This document shows positions 44,129 through 55,740 of a DNA stretch of 64,000 bases, in pieces. The translations under genes were made by a program, and so were the position numbers. The stretch covers positions 18,786,001 to 18,850,000 of the forward strand of contig NC_043018.1 of the NCBI RefSeq assembly GCF_006345805.1, given 5' to 3'. The notes under the pieces are model-generated. The model was not told where the DNA came from. It saw nothing but the letters and a program-made list of their open reading frames with translations, and ran no database searches. The stretch is from Octopus sinensis (taxonomy: Eukaryota). Within the stretch, counting starts at the first letter, position 1. The number at the start of each line of letters is the position of its first letter.

Positions 44129-44179
<51 letters not shown>

Positions 44180-44192
44180 TATATATATCATA

Positions 44193-44236
<44 letters not shown>

Positions 44237-44326
44237 ACATATATATATATATATATATATAGATATATATACTATATAATATATATATATACAATATATA
44301 TATATATATATATATAATAATAAATA

Positions 44327-44651
44327 TTAGGGAATAAATCCAACTTACAGGAAAAATCAGATTTAGGATTGAATCCAATTTTATAGTAAAATATTATATT
44401 ATATTAAATTAGAGACAAAACCACTATTAGGCAAATCATACAATGAAAAACTTAAGCCAATACATAAAATTATTTAATTTATATTATTTATTTAATATAT
44501 AACAAAATTATTAAAAAAATATAATTAATATATTTTTTTTATAATTTTGTTATATATTTGAATAATAAATTAAATAATTTTATGTATTGGCTTAAGTTTT
44601 TCATTGTATGATTTGCCTCATAGTGGTTTTGTCTCTAATTTAATATAATAT
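44327..44651. mobile_element. Fold-back (long inverted repeat) element in a (TA)n tract
   Basis: A unique head ttagggaataaatcc... is followed by about 125-bp inverted arms (about 44393-44522 and 44529-44651). A homologous copy lies at 63485-63714. Confidence 0.75.
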
Positions 44652-44908
44652 ATATATATATATATTTATAATAATAAGGGTTTTTTGCAACAAGTTGCTT
44701 AAATCACATTCCGAAAATATTAGAAATAGCAGCCAAAGGACTACTATTTCTTTTACTACAAAGATAAGTTTTCACAGACAACAATATTTGTAACTCACAT
44801 ATGGCAAAAAAAGAAGAAAAACAACGGGACCACAGTCTTCGGATTAATTATATATGTATGTATATGTATGTATGTATACACACACACACACACATATTTG
44901 TGTGTGAA

Positions 44909-45260
44909 GGCGCAATGGCCCAGTGGTTAGGGCAGTGGACTCACAGTCATAGGATCACAGTTTCAATTCCCAGACCAGGTGTTGGGTTTAATGAGCGAAA
45001 ACACCTAAAGCTCCGTGTGGCTCTGGCAGGCTCTTTCACCACAACTTTCTCTCACTCTTTCTTCCTGTTTCTGTTGTACCTGTATTTCAAAGGGTCAGCC
45101 TTGTCACACTCTGTGTCACACTGAATATCCCAGAGAACTACGTTAAGGATACACGTGTCTGTGGAGTGCTCAGCCACTTGCACATCAATTTCGCGAGCAG
45201 GCTGTTCCATTGATCCGATCAACTGGAACCCTCGTCATCATCATAACCAACAGAGTGCCA
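44909..45260 (+). mobile_element. tRNA-derived SINE family D
   Basis: The head ggcgcaatggcccagtggttagggcagtggactcacagtc...gtttcaattccc is tRNA-like (A and B boxes) but has no CCA or clean cloverleaf, and is followed by about 270 bp of non-tRNA body. Confidence 0.7.
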
Positions 45261-45407
45261 CGATATATAATATATAAAAAATATTATTCATGTAGTTATA
45301 TATATATATAAATTTACATAAATAAGGACAACATCGTTATTTAAAATCCCAACCATATCAGGTGGCTAGCATGGGAATAAAAACCTCATAGGTAATAATT
45401 CTTATTA

Positions 45408-45598
45408 AAATTATAATTAAGGCTATCTAAAAGATATCACAATGCTAGATATAGCAGCCAAAACTTGAGTCTAAAACCACATTAAATGTTCATACAGCAC
45501 CAGGAGAGAAGACAAAGAGACAAAATAAACTAGCAAAAACATTATTGGCTGCTATATCTAGCATGGTGGTATCTTTTAGATACCTTTAATTATAATTT
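45408..45598. repeat. Inverted repeat or MITE-like element with about 54-bp arms
   Basis: aaattataattaaggctatctaaaagatatcacaatgctagatatagcagccaa (45408-45461) is largely the reverse complement of 45545-45598. Confidence 0.65.
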
Positions 45599-45645
45599 AT
45601 ACATATATATATATATATATATAATATATATATTATATATATATG

Positions 45646-45676
<31 letters not shown>

Positions 45677-45743
45677 TGTATGTATGTATGTATGTATGTA
45701 GTATGTATTTATATATATATATGTATCTATGTAGATAGATAAG

Positions 45744-45783
<40 letters not shown>

Positions 45784-45935
45784 TAGATGTACATGTCAAC
45801 AAATACATATACAGATATATATATATATATATATAATTTTTCCTACGATTCATTTGAATCAAGGTATTTTAATATCAAGGACACCAAATTAGGTTTGAGA
45901 TACATATGTATATATACACACATATATGCACATTC

Positions 45936-45976
<41 letters not shown>

Positions 45977-47404
45977 TACATATTCACATACATACTAAAT
46001 ACATACATACATACATATATATATATGCATATATCAACAGCATACATTTATATATGTGTATGTATGTGTGTGTGTATATATATATATAAATACACACATG
46101 TACATATCAATAAATATATACATGTACAGTGATATATATGTATGTATATGTGTGTGTGTGTGCATGCACATACATGTATATGCAGTTACACATTCACATA
46201 CGCACATACATACAAACTCTGTATGATTTATATATATATATATATATATATAAATATATATATGTATATATCTGTGTGTGTGTGTGTTATTCATAAAGAA
46301 AAAGAGTATTGAAAAGAATAAAACAATAATAAATACCACACACAAAAAAAACATTGGTTCTTTGCAAAATCAAGGAAAGAAAACGCATCAAATGTTTGAG
46401 TCTGCAGGCAGAATGCATGTCACCTGTAAGTTTCACATAAATCGTCCTAACGAGGCTGTCATCCCCTCCTACCAACCTTCATAACGAACTCGTCATCTCC
46501 TCCCACCAATCAGGCATCTCACAGAATTAAATTCCTTGACGATACTTTAGTATGAAACCATGATGCGGATGACACAGAAATTCTCAATCAGAAATTCCCA
46601 AGAAAGCCAGGAACATTCCTACCTGCAATTCTCAACCTGAGTCTATAGATTAGAATCTTTATACTATAAGGATTCTTGTCAAAGAATGCATTGCCATAGC
46701 CGACAGATGGCGCTGAACACATACCTAGTGGTTATATTGCTGATGTTCTTAATGTCATACAAAATCCTTTTGAGTATTTTCTCTCTAACCACTCAGTAAA
46801 TATAATTAAAATTAGCATCAGCATCATCATCATCAACATCATCACAATGACTATTGTTGTTGTTGTTCTTGCTCTTGTTCTTGTTCTTCTTCTTATAATT
46901 ATTATTATTATTATTGTTATTAAGGCAGCAAGCTGGCAGAATCATTAGTACGCTGGACGAAATGCTTAGTGGTATTTCACCTATTGCTATATTCTGAGTT
47001 CAAATCCCGCCAAGGTTGACTTTGCCTTTCATCCTCTTGGGGTCAATAAATCAAGTACCAGTGAAACACTGGGGGCAATTTAATCAACTAGTCATCTCAC
47101 CGAAAATTTCAGGCCTTCTGCCTATAGTAGAAAGGATTATTATCATTATTATTAAGGTGGTGAGCTGGCAGAATCGTTAGCATGCCGCCCAAAATACGCA
47201 GTTGCATTACATCTGTCTTTACATTCTGAGTTCAAATTCCTCCGAGGTCAACTTTACCTTTCATCCTTTCTGGGTTGAATAAATAAGAACCAGTTGAACA
47301 CTGGGGTCAATGTGATTGACTTACCCACTACCCACTCCCTGGGAATTACTGGCCTTGCGCCATATTTTGAAATCATTATTATTATTGTTATGAAGAGTGC
47401 AAGC

Positions 47405-48200
47405 CATCCCTACCACCCAAATCAACCATCACCCCGTCCCCCCATCCAACACAACTATCAACCCATTCCCACCACCCAACACAACTATTAACCCTGTCCC
47501 CATCACCCAACACAACCATCAACCCGTCCCCACCACCCAACACAACCATCACCCCGTCCCCACCACCCAACACAACCATCACCATGTGCCTACCACAACC
47601 ATCAACCTGTCCCCACCACCCAACACACAACCATCAACCCATCTCCACCACCCAACAACCATCACCCAGTCCCACCACCCAACACAACCATCAACCCGTC
47701 CCCACCACCCAACACAACCATCACCCCGTCCCCACCACCCAACACAACCATCACCCTGTCCCCCCCACCCAACACAACCATCAACCCGTCTCCACCACCC
47801 AACACAACCATCACCATGTGCCTACCACAACCATCAACCTGTCCCCACCACCCAACACACAACCATCAACCCATCTCCACCACCCAACAACCATCACCCA
47901 GTCCCACCACTCAACACAACCATCACCCCGTCCTCACCACCCAACACAACCATCAACCCGTCTCCACCACCCAACACAACCATCAACTGTCCCCACCACC
48001 CAACACAACCATCACCCCGTCCCCACCACCCAGCACAACCATCAACCTGTCCCCACCAACCAACACAACCATCACCCCGTCCCCACCACCCAACACAACC
48101 ATCACCCCGTCCCCACCACCCAACACAACCATCAACCTGTCCCCACCACCCAACACAACCATCACCCTGTCCCCACCACCCAACAACCATCACCATTTCC
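47405..48200. repeat. 30-bp C-rich minisatellite (about 26 units)
   Basis: Unit caacacaaccatcaccccgtccccaccacc, with variant units recurring at a 232-bp higher-order spacing (47585 and 47817). Confidence 0.95.
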
Positions 48201-49129
48201 CCACTTCACAATCCCTTGTCTTCTCAAAGACTCTTCTGTTTTCTCTCACTGTTGCACTCAGACAAACAGGCAAAAAAACAGTGCAAAAACGAACGCTTTG
48301 CACCAAAACAAATGTTTTGCACTCAACATATTCTTAAAACAACCTCTACAAAAGTACAACATTCGGCACCCACATCTCACCGTGCTTCTGCACAAGGTTC
48401 TTTATATGTTTTATACCATCCACTGGTTGCCCTGCACCAAGAGAGAAATATTTTTTTTTACTGCAGCCGAAGATAAGAACAAGTATAATTGCTTTCAACA
48501 CATTTGCAGTCGAGCTGGTGTACTTCCACGAAGGCCACCAACATCGATGTTTCCACGAAGATGAATGCGAAATAAAAAAAGCAGCGATGAAATATGTTCA
48601 CAGCAGTTACGTTTAAATTAGTGTTGCTATGGTGTATCCAATTAAAAAGAACGGAGAATAATTGACAGTAGAAGCAAGGTAGAAAATGGGGGAAAAAAAC
48701 CTGAAAAAAAAAATAAAAGCGCATATGTGTGCACAAACACGCATATAAATCCATGTAGATAAACGTGTGTGTGTACACGCATGCACACAGGCACGAGAGA
48801 GCAAAGAGGAAAAAATTTCAGTGAAAATGTGAAAAAGGAAAAACGGTTATAAATGCACAAATGGTGTGCAACAACATGCGCATCTAAGCAAAAAGAGAAA
48901 ATCAGATACGCATTGGAAATATTTCGGAAGAAAAAAAAAGAGGAAACACACATGTGCACATGCACATATCTGTGCATGTGACCTCCTCACATGTATGGAC
49001 ATGTATACAGTCATACATGTAAAAACCACACGTATACAACCACACATATACACTCATTCATACATGCACACACATACACGAAACCAACAGTATTACCTGA
49101 AAAGTAAGACCCAAAACACACACACACAC

Positions 49130-49171
<42 letters not shown>

Positions 49172-49192
49172 GTGTGTGTGTATATATATACA

Positions 49193-49259
<67 letters not shown>

Positions 49260-49335
49260 GTACATACATATATGTTTATATATACATATATATATACATA
49301 CATATATATATATATATACATATATATATTCATAC

Positions 49336-49368
<33 letters not shown>

Positions 49369-49797
49369 ATATAATATATATATATATGTACATACATATA
49401 TATATATACATACATACATATATATACATACATACATACATACATACAACATACATACATACATATATACATACGTACGTACAAACATACATACATTAGT
49501 ACATACATACACAAATTTATACATACATACATATATATATAGATATATATATATAATATATATATATACACATACATATATATACATACATACATATATA
49601 TATATACATATAATATAATATATATATATATATATGTTATATATATATATATATATATATGTACATATATATATATATTATATATATATATATATATTAT
49701 ATATATATATATACATACATTGTATATATATATCTCAATGCCAAACAAGAAATTAAATGAAGGACAACAGTCAGAAAGAAGGTGCCAAGTGACTTAC

Positions 49798-49909
49798 CTT
49801 TTTCTAGGCGTGGTGGAGGCCGATATTTGAACCCTGACTGACTCCAAAAGACTGGAACTGACCCTCGTACTTGGACAAAAGATACTAAGTGAGGCGGGAA
49901 CTGAAGAAT
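49798..49909 (-). CDS. INPP5F: Internal coding exon of Sac2/INPP5F-like phosphatase: ILQFPPHLVSFVQVRGSVPVFWSQSGFKYRPPPRLEK(G)
   Basis: Acceptor tttttctttcctgcAG and donor AAG|GTAAGT; 112 nt, phase 0 to phase 1. SFVQ.RGSVPVFWSQ is a hallmark of the SAC domain. From recalled family sequences, KYRPPPRL.+G fits the Sac2 subfamily better than SAC1, FIG4 or synaptojanin. Confidence 0.92.
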
Positions 49910-50534
49910 CTGCAGGAAAGAAAAATTAGGGGTTTTTTTCAAAAATATTTTATATAAGAATAGGAGAAACGTTATTAATAATAACAATGATGATCCTTCT
50001 TACCACAGGAACAAGGCCTGAAATTTTATGGGAATAAGTCTAGTCAGTTATATCACCCCCCCCCCCAATATTTAACTGGTACTCTATTTTATCAACTCCA
50101 AAACAATGAACGGCAAAGTCAACCTGGGTGGAATTTGAACTCAGAACATGAAGCAATTTGTTTGATGTGCTAATGATTTTGCCTGGGCCTGATATTCTGG
50201 GGTAAGGGGGCTAGTTGATACCATTGACCCATGTACACAACCAGTACTTTATTTTATTGACCCATAAGAGATGAAAGGTAAAGTCAACCTCGACAGCATT
50301 TGAACTCAGAATGTAAAAACAGATAAAATACAGATAAACAGTTTCTCCAGCGTGTTTAGAAGAAGTGGAAGAACAACAACAACAATAACAACAACAACAA
50401 TTTCCTAATGGATTTTGAGCATAGTGTTTTTATATAGTTGTCCAAAATTCAGTGAAGGAGGAGTAGTGAGAGTAATAGCCATGACCGAGAGGGAGTGAGA
50501 GAAAGTAATAGCAACGAGAGAGAGGAAGTGGCAA

Positions 50535-50712
50535 AGAGAGTGTTTGAAGGTCATGCTTCACCACCTCATCCCAGGCCTTCCTGGATCTACCACTTCCACA
50601 GGTACCCTCTACTGCTAGGGTGTGACACTTTTTCACACAGCTGTCCTCATCCATATGCAACACATGACCATACCAGCGCAATCGTCTCTCTTGCACACCA
50701 CATATGTAGTGG
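50535..50712 (-). mobile_element. RTE-clade LINE 3' fragment
   Basis: QERRLRWYGHVLHMDEDSCVKKCHTLAVEGTCGSGRSRKAWDEVVKHDL. Confidence 0.85.
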
Positions 50713-50879
50713 AGTCAAATGGGAGACACTACAGAGAACAATAACTGAGAATCGAATATTAACACAAGCAAAAGACAAACATACAAGCTTCCATAATGAA
50801 AACAGCAGTAAAAGGATGGCAGAATTTGAAGGAAATGGCAGGGAATTTTATAATAGAAATGGTATAATTAAGTTAAGTT

Positions 50880-51160
50880 AATTTTTTGGCTCAAAAAGCA
50901 AAAAGCAATGCAATGTAGGGGGAGATGGAGTTATGTACAGGGTGGTGTTCATGCAAAGTGTTCAGGCCATTTGTGGTCAAGGGAGACTTTGAACCGAGCG
51001 GTCGTTGGCATCTTTACTATCTCGTCCGGCAGCTTATTCCACGGATCCGCAACCCGGACGGAGAAAGCCCCTCTCCTTCGATTGAGATGAAATCGTCGCA
51101 GATAGAGCTTTTCGGAGTGACCCTGCAGCCGACGCTCTGGAGCAGCATAGGAAATCGTCG
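50880..51160 (-). mobile_element. CR1-clade LINE 3' end
   Basis: RRLQGHSEKLYLRRFHLNRRRGAFSVRVADPWNKLPDEIVKMPTTARFKVSLD, then a stop codon and a short UTR. Confidence 0.85.
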
Positions 51161-51583
51161 ACCTCTGGGAACAATGGGGAAATAATACAACAGAACTGAC
51201 TGCACAAAGGAGAGACTGGTCATCATAACAGGCCAGATGACACAAGGGAGATAATAGGGATTCATCAGGGGAGGCTGAGCCAATAGAAGAGTCTTAAAGT
51301 TGTTTCTTGCTTTGTTAGAAATAGCAGCTAAATTTCTTGTAAATTACATCTTATTGCCTTAAAAGACAAAAGAGAAGAATATATTGGATAATGTAGTCAT
51401 AAATGTGACTAGTCTAATGAAAAGAATGTGTGATAACAGCTGGGATGTATTTTGTTATAAATCTTCCTTGATCCAGGCTGACCTGGTGTTAAACTACAAG
51501 AATGTCAAAAGTTCAGAAGGAAGAGAATTCCAATAGATGACATGAAAGCAATTCTTTAGCTATTCAACGTGAACAACAACAAC

Positions 51584-51617
<34 letters not shown>

Positions 51618-52254
51618 TATATTCAATTTTTTAAAATATCTCAAAAAATTAAAAGAAAACAAACAATAGTAGAAAATAACGAAGATCAGAATAGAATTGA
51701 TAGATTTAACAATTAGGGGAATCTTCTAGAATCAATGAGGAAACAGGAGGAACTGACCAGAAATTAATTAACAGTAAAATATGGAATATGCAAAAAAAAA
51801 AGTGGAGTGGGGGGGATACATTTTAAAAATATAAAAACTGCAAAACAGAAACGATTGGAAGCGAAAAGAAATCAAGGTGGATATTTTTGAGAATGGATTC
51901 TTTGAGAAAAATGTTTGTTTTTCTATCAGAAACAGAAATTTTAAACAAATACTGAAATATTCTGGTCAGATCTCAATAAGCAGAACACTGGAATGGAAAA
52001 CAGAACAGCAACAACAATAAAAATCCAATTATGGTAGAAGATTATATGGGAGCAAAATATCCAAGACAATAACGATTACACAGTGGATTTGAGGGGAGGG
52101 GGTGGAAAGGAAAACAGCAGCAGCAGCAGCACCACAAACATGGCCCAAACATAACTGGCAGGAAATTTACAAAAAATATCGGGGGCTATTAATTTCTAGC
52201 AGCCAGAAACTAATAGCCAACGGTATCAACCTAAATTACTTCATTACTCTGCAT

Positions 52255-52322
<68 letters not shown>

Positions 52323-52379
52323 GTGTGAGTGAATGTGTGTGTGTGTGTGTGTGTGTGCATGTGTGTGTTAGAGTGGCAG

Positions 52380-52660
52380 TGTTCAAGGAATTACTGAAGA
52401 GATGATGGGAATCAAAATAGCCAAGAGGAAAACAATATCAATTTGTAAAAACAAAACCTTCGCAGACAACCAGAACCACAGACCAATAACATGTTTACCA
52501 AAGTCATAAATTCCTGATCAGTGGCAAGCTGCTCATCCACAGAATAATAAGAAAGCAAGGAAGGATGTTGGAAAAAGCTACGTGGATGGATAGAACAGCT
52601 TAATGGTACAGGAAGCGGTTATTAAAGGAATGTCACAGTTGAGAGAATAGAATACTGCAG
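52380..52660 (+). mobile_element. Decayed R4-like reverse-transcriptase fragment
   Basis: KTISICKNKTFADNQNHRPITCLP and KEGCWKKLRGWIEQL (cf. NYRPITCL and QKGC....RGCKEQL). Confidence 0.6.
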
Positions 52661-52806
52661 GATATTGGCATCACTGCACGTACACAAGATGAGGATGAAT
52701 ACGAATGAAGTTTATTGATGAAATCATGTAAAAACCGAAGAACACTCCAATAACATTGCAAATTAAAGATAATAAACAACTTTCCTATTCTCATAATCTA
52801 CAGTTG

Positions 52807-53594
52807 TAAACAAGTGACTCAGTGACATCGGATCTACCGGACACAGACTCTTGTCTTGTTGCTGACCCTGACGTCAACAAAGCTTCTGACCATGTATATC
52901 ATCGTCATCACTATCTTCATCGTTTTAACATCTATATTTCCGTGCTTGCATAGGTCGGGTGCAATTTGTTAAGAAAACCTTCAAAAACCATATACCCTTC
53001 TTCTCCTCAAACTTCACCTTGTTTCCATGGAAACAAAAATCAGATGGGGTCTTCACAGACGGATGGAAACAAGCGATTCAGTGACATCGGATCTACCGGA
53101 CACAGACTCTTGTCTTGTTGTTGACCCTGACATCAACAAAGCTTCTGACCATGTATATCATCATCATCACTATCTTCATCGTTTTAACATCTATTTTTTC
53201 CATGCTTGCATCGGCCAGAGGGAATTTCTTAAGAAGGCTTTCAAAAACCATATACCCTTCTTCTCCCCAAGCTTCACTTGTTTCCATGGAAACAAAAATC
53301 AGATGGGGTCTTCACAGACGGCTGGAAACAAGCAACTCAGTGACATCGGATCTACCGGACACAGACTCTTGTCTTGTTGTTGACCCTGACATCAACAAAG
53401 CTTCTGACCATGTATATCATCATCATCACTATCTTCATCGTTTTAACATCTATTTTTCCGTGCTTGCATAGGCCAGAGGGAATTTCTTAAGAAGGCTTTC
53501 AAAAACCATATACCCCTCTTCTCCCCAAGCTTCACCTTGTTTCCATAGAAACAAAAATCAGATGGGATCTTCACAGACGGATGGAAACAAGCGA
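52807..53594. repeat. Three tandem copies of a 259-bp unit
   Basis: agtgacatcggatctaccggacacagac recurs at 52821, 53080 and 53339. Confidence 0.95.
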
Positions 53595-54056
53595 TGTCAC
53601 TCGTATGGTGGTGACGGATGATTGTGACCATCACATGATGCCTGGACAAGGATACATACAAACGCACACACCCACAAAGACAAACACACCAAATGGGCTT
53701 CTTCCAGTTTCCTTCAAGCAAATCCACCCACAAGGCTTTGGTCAGCTTAGGTTTATAACAGATATCTCTTGCCCAATATGCTGAACAGTGGAATTGAACC
53801 CAAGACCACATGGATGAGAAGCAAGTTTCTTAACTACACGTCCAAAACGCACCCAGTACACTCTGTAGCAACCATGCCAAAGATGACAGTGGAACAGGAC
53901 ACAGCACTGTAGTTCACTGGTTACTTGCCAAACCATCCAACCCATGCCAGCATGGAAAACCTATGTTAACCCTTTAGCATTTAAACTGTCCAGACCAGGC
54001 CAAAATGCCCCACTTATTTTGTGTTCAAGCTGGTCAGATCTGATCTTTCATACCTA

Positions 54057-54314
54057 TTTCTTTACTACCCACAAGGGGCTAAACACAGAGAGGACAAAAA
54101 AGGACAGACAAATGGATTAAGTCGATTATATCGACCCCAGTGCATAACTGGTACTTATTTAATCAACCCCGAAAGGATGAAAGGCAAAGTCGACCTCGGC
54201 AGAATTTGAACTCAGAACGTAACGGCAGACGAAATACCACTAAGCATTTCGCCCGGCCTGCTAACGATTCTGCCAGCTTGCCGCCTTGATAACGATTCTG
54301 CCAACTCACCGCCT
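54057..54314 (-). mobile_element. SINE family A subfamily copy with a short duplicated 5' end
   Basis: Near-consensus body. The segment taacgattctgcca occurs twice at the 5' end, and long direct repeats flank the copy. Confidence 0.85.
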
Positions 54315-54353
54315 TTACTTGCCAAACCATCCAACCCATGCCTGCATGGAAAG

Positions 54354-54572
54354 CCTTTAGCATTTAAACTGTCCAGACCAGGCCAAAATGTCCCACTTGT
54401 TTTGTGTTCAAACTGGCCAGATCTGATCTTTCATACCTACCCTACACTGTCATTCTAAAAATAAACAATAACATCACTGAAATCTCAAAGCTATGAGATA
54501 ATACGTGATTAATTTGAAACAATGTGAATAAATATTATATTTGACAGAGTAATTTGAATGCTAAATGGTTAA
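54354..54572. mobile_element. piggyBac-type MITE, second family
   Basis: cctttagcatt...aatgctaaatggTTAA. An intact left end TTAACCCTTTAGCATT is present in the duplicated segment at 53966. Confidence 0.65.
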
Positions 54573-54771
54573 ACATTGATGATTAGATCATCATCATTTA
54601 ACATCCGTTTCCCATGCTGGTATGGGTTGGACAGTTTAACAGGAACTGGTCAGTTGAAGAGCTACCCAGGCTCTGAGTGTTATGGCATGGTACAGTTCTA
54701 TATCTAAAAGATGAGGAATTATGTACATTATTTACATTCGATGGATATTTGTCCTCACCTTGTTTGTTGTT

Positions 54772-54817
54772 AACACAACATTTCAGCTGATATACCCTCC
54801 AGCCTTCTTCAGGTGTC
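54772..54817 (-). ncRNA. Minimal type I hammerhead ribozyme motif, left (inverted) copy
   Basis: Minus strand reads gacac-CTGAAGA-a-ggctg...cagct-GAAA-tg-TT-gtgtt. The stem III palindrome is altered from ACGT to ATGT, a CpG-type change. Confidence 0.55.
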
Positions 54818-54985
54818 TTGGGGGATATTTCGAATTTCTTCAATGTTATAATTATTATTATTATTATAATTATTCAGGTCACTGCCTGGAATCAAACTCG
54901 GCATCTTGGGTTAGTAGCCTGAACTCTTAACCACTACGCCATATGCCCATGGACATATGGTGTACAGTTTGATTCCAGGCAGTGA

Positions 54986-55047
<62 letters not shown>

Positions 55048-55098
55048 GCATCAAAAAATACCTTAGGAATGAGAACTCAGGTTTGAAATTTCCCCCAA

Positions 55099-55144
55099 GA
55101 CACCTGATGAAGGCTGGAGGGTATATCAGTTGAAACGTTGTGTT
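55099..55144 (+). ncRNA. Minimal type I hammerhead ribozyme motif (Penelope-type), right copy
   Basis: gacac-CTGATGA-a-ggctg...cagtt-GAAA-cg-TT-gtgtt. Stem I is gacac/gtgtt, stem III is the palindrome ACGT, and stem II has two G-U pairs plus one extra A after the core. Confidence 0.65.
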
Positions 55145-55699
55145 AACAACAAACAAGATGAGGACAAATATCTGTCAAATGTAAATAATGTAAATAATGT
55201 TATGGCATGGTCTCTACAGCTGGATGACCTCCCTAATGCCAACCACTTTACAGAGTGTGCTGGATACCTTTATGCAGCACCAACATGGATGTGTTTCTGT
55301 GGCGCCAGCCTCTATGAGCCTGCAAGATTAGGAATGCTCAGGTGGAGAGGAATGCAGCAGACAAGCCTATATATAAGAACAACCATGATTTTACTTAGCT
55401 TGACACATGTATACAAACACACACACACATGTTGCAAATAAGAAAATCAGTAATTAAGACCATGCTGATGCCTGACTAATTTCTTTTAACAGAATAATTA
55501 CTAATAATGTAAGACAAAGATAAAAAAAAATGGTTTCTTGCAAAAGTAACAATTATTTCAACAAGTTTCAATAAAATTTATGTTTCTGTTGTATTTCTCA
55601 GGATGACAAACGTTTTTGGAAATTAATATTTAACACTTTCAGAGTTGATTAAACAAAACATCATTTACACAAACTAACATTTTGTTTATACACACATAC

Positions 55700-55739
<40 letters not shown>

Positions 55740-55740
<1 letters not shown>

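Larger units (their letters stand above)
54692..55197. mobile_element. Head-to-head dimer of a tRNA-headed, hammerhead-containing non-autonomous retroelement, inserted into a family C SINE
   Basis: 14-bp direct repeat tgttatggcatggt at 54678-54691 and 55198-55211. The left monomer (minus strand) has an A box TGGCGTAGTGG (54931-54941) and a B-box-like GAGTTTGATTCC (54888-54899). The two arms are reverse-complementary over about 110 bp and about 30 bp. Confidence 0.75.

Noticed and set aside
44909-44985. tRNA-like sequence
   Set aside because: It is the head of a SINE: the stems are imperfect and it continues into a repeat body. The same applies to the family B heads and to 54880-54945.
47397-48564. 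Long Pro/Thr/His-rich ORFs (359 and 326 aa)
   Set aside because: They derive from a 30-bp minisatellite that is open in several frames, with no coding signature outside the repeat.
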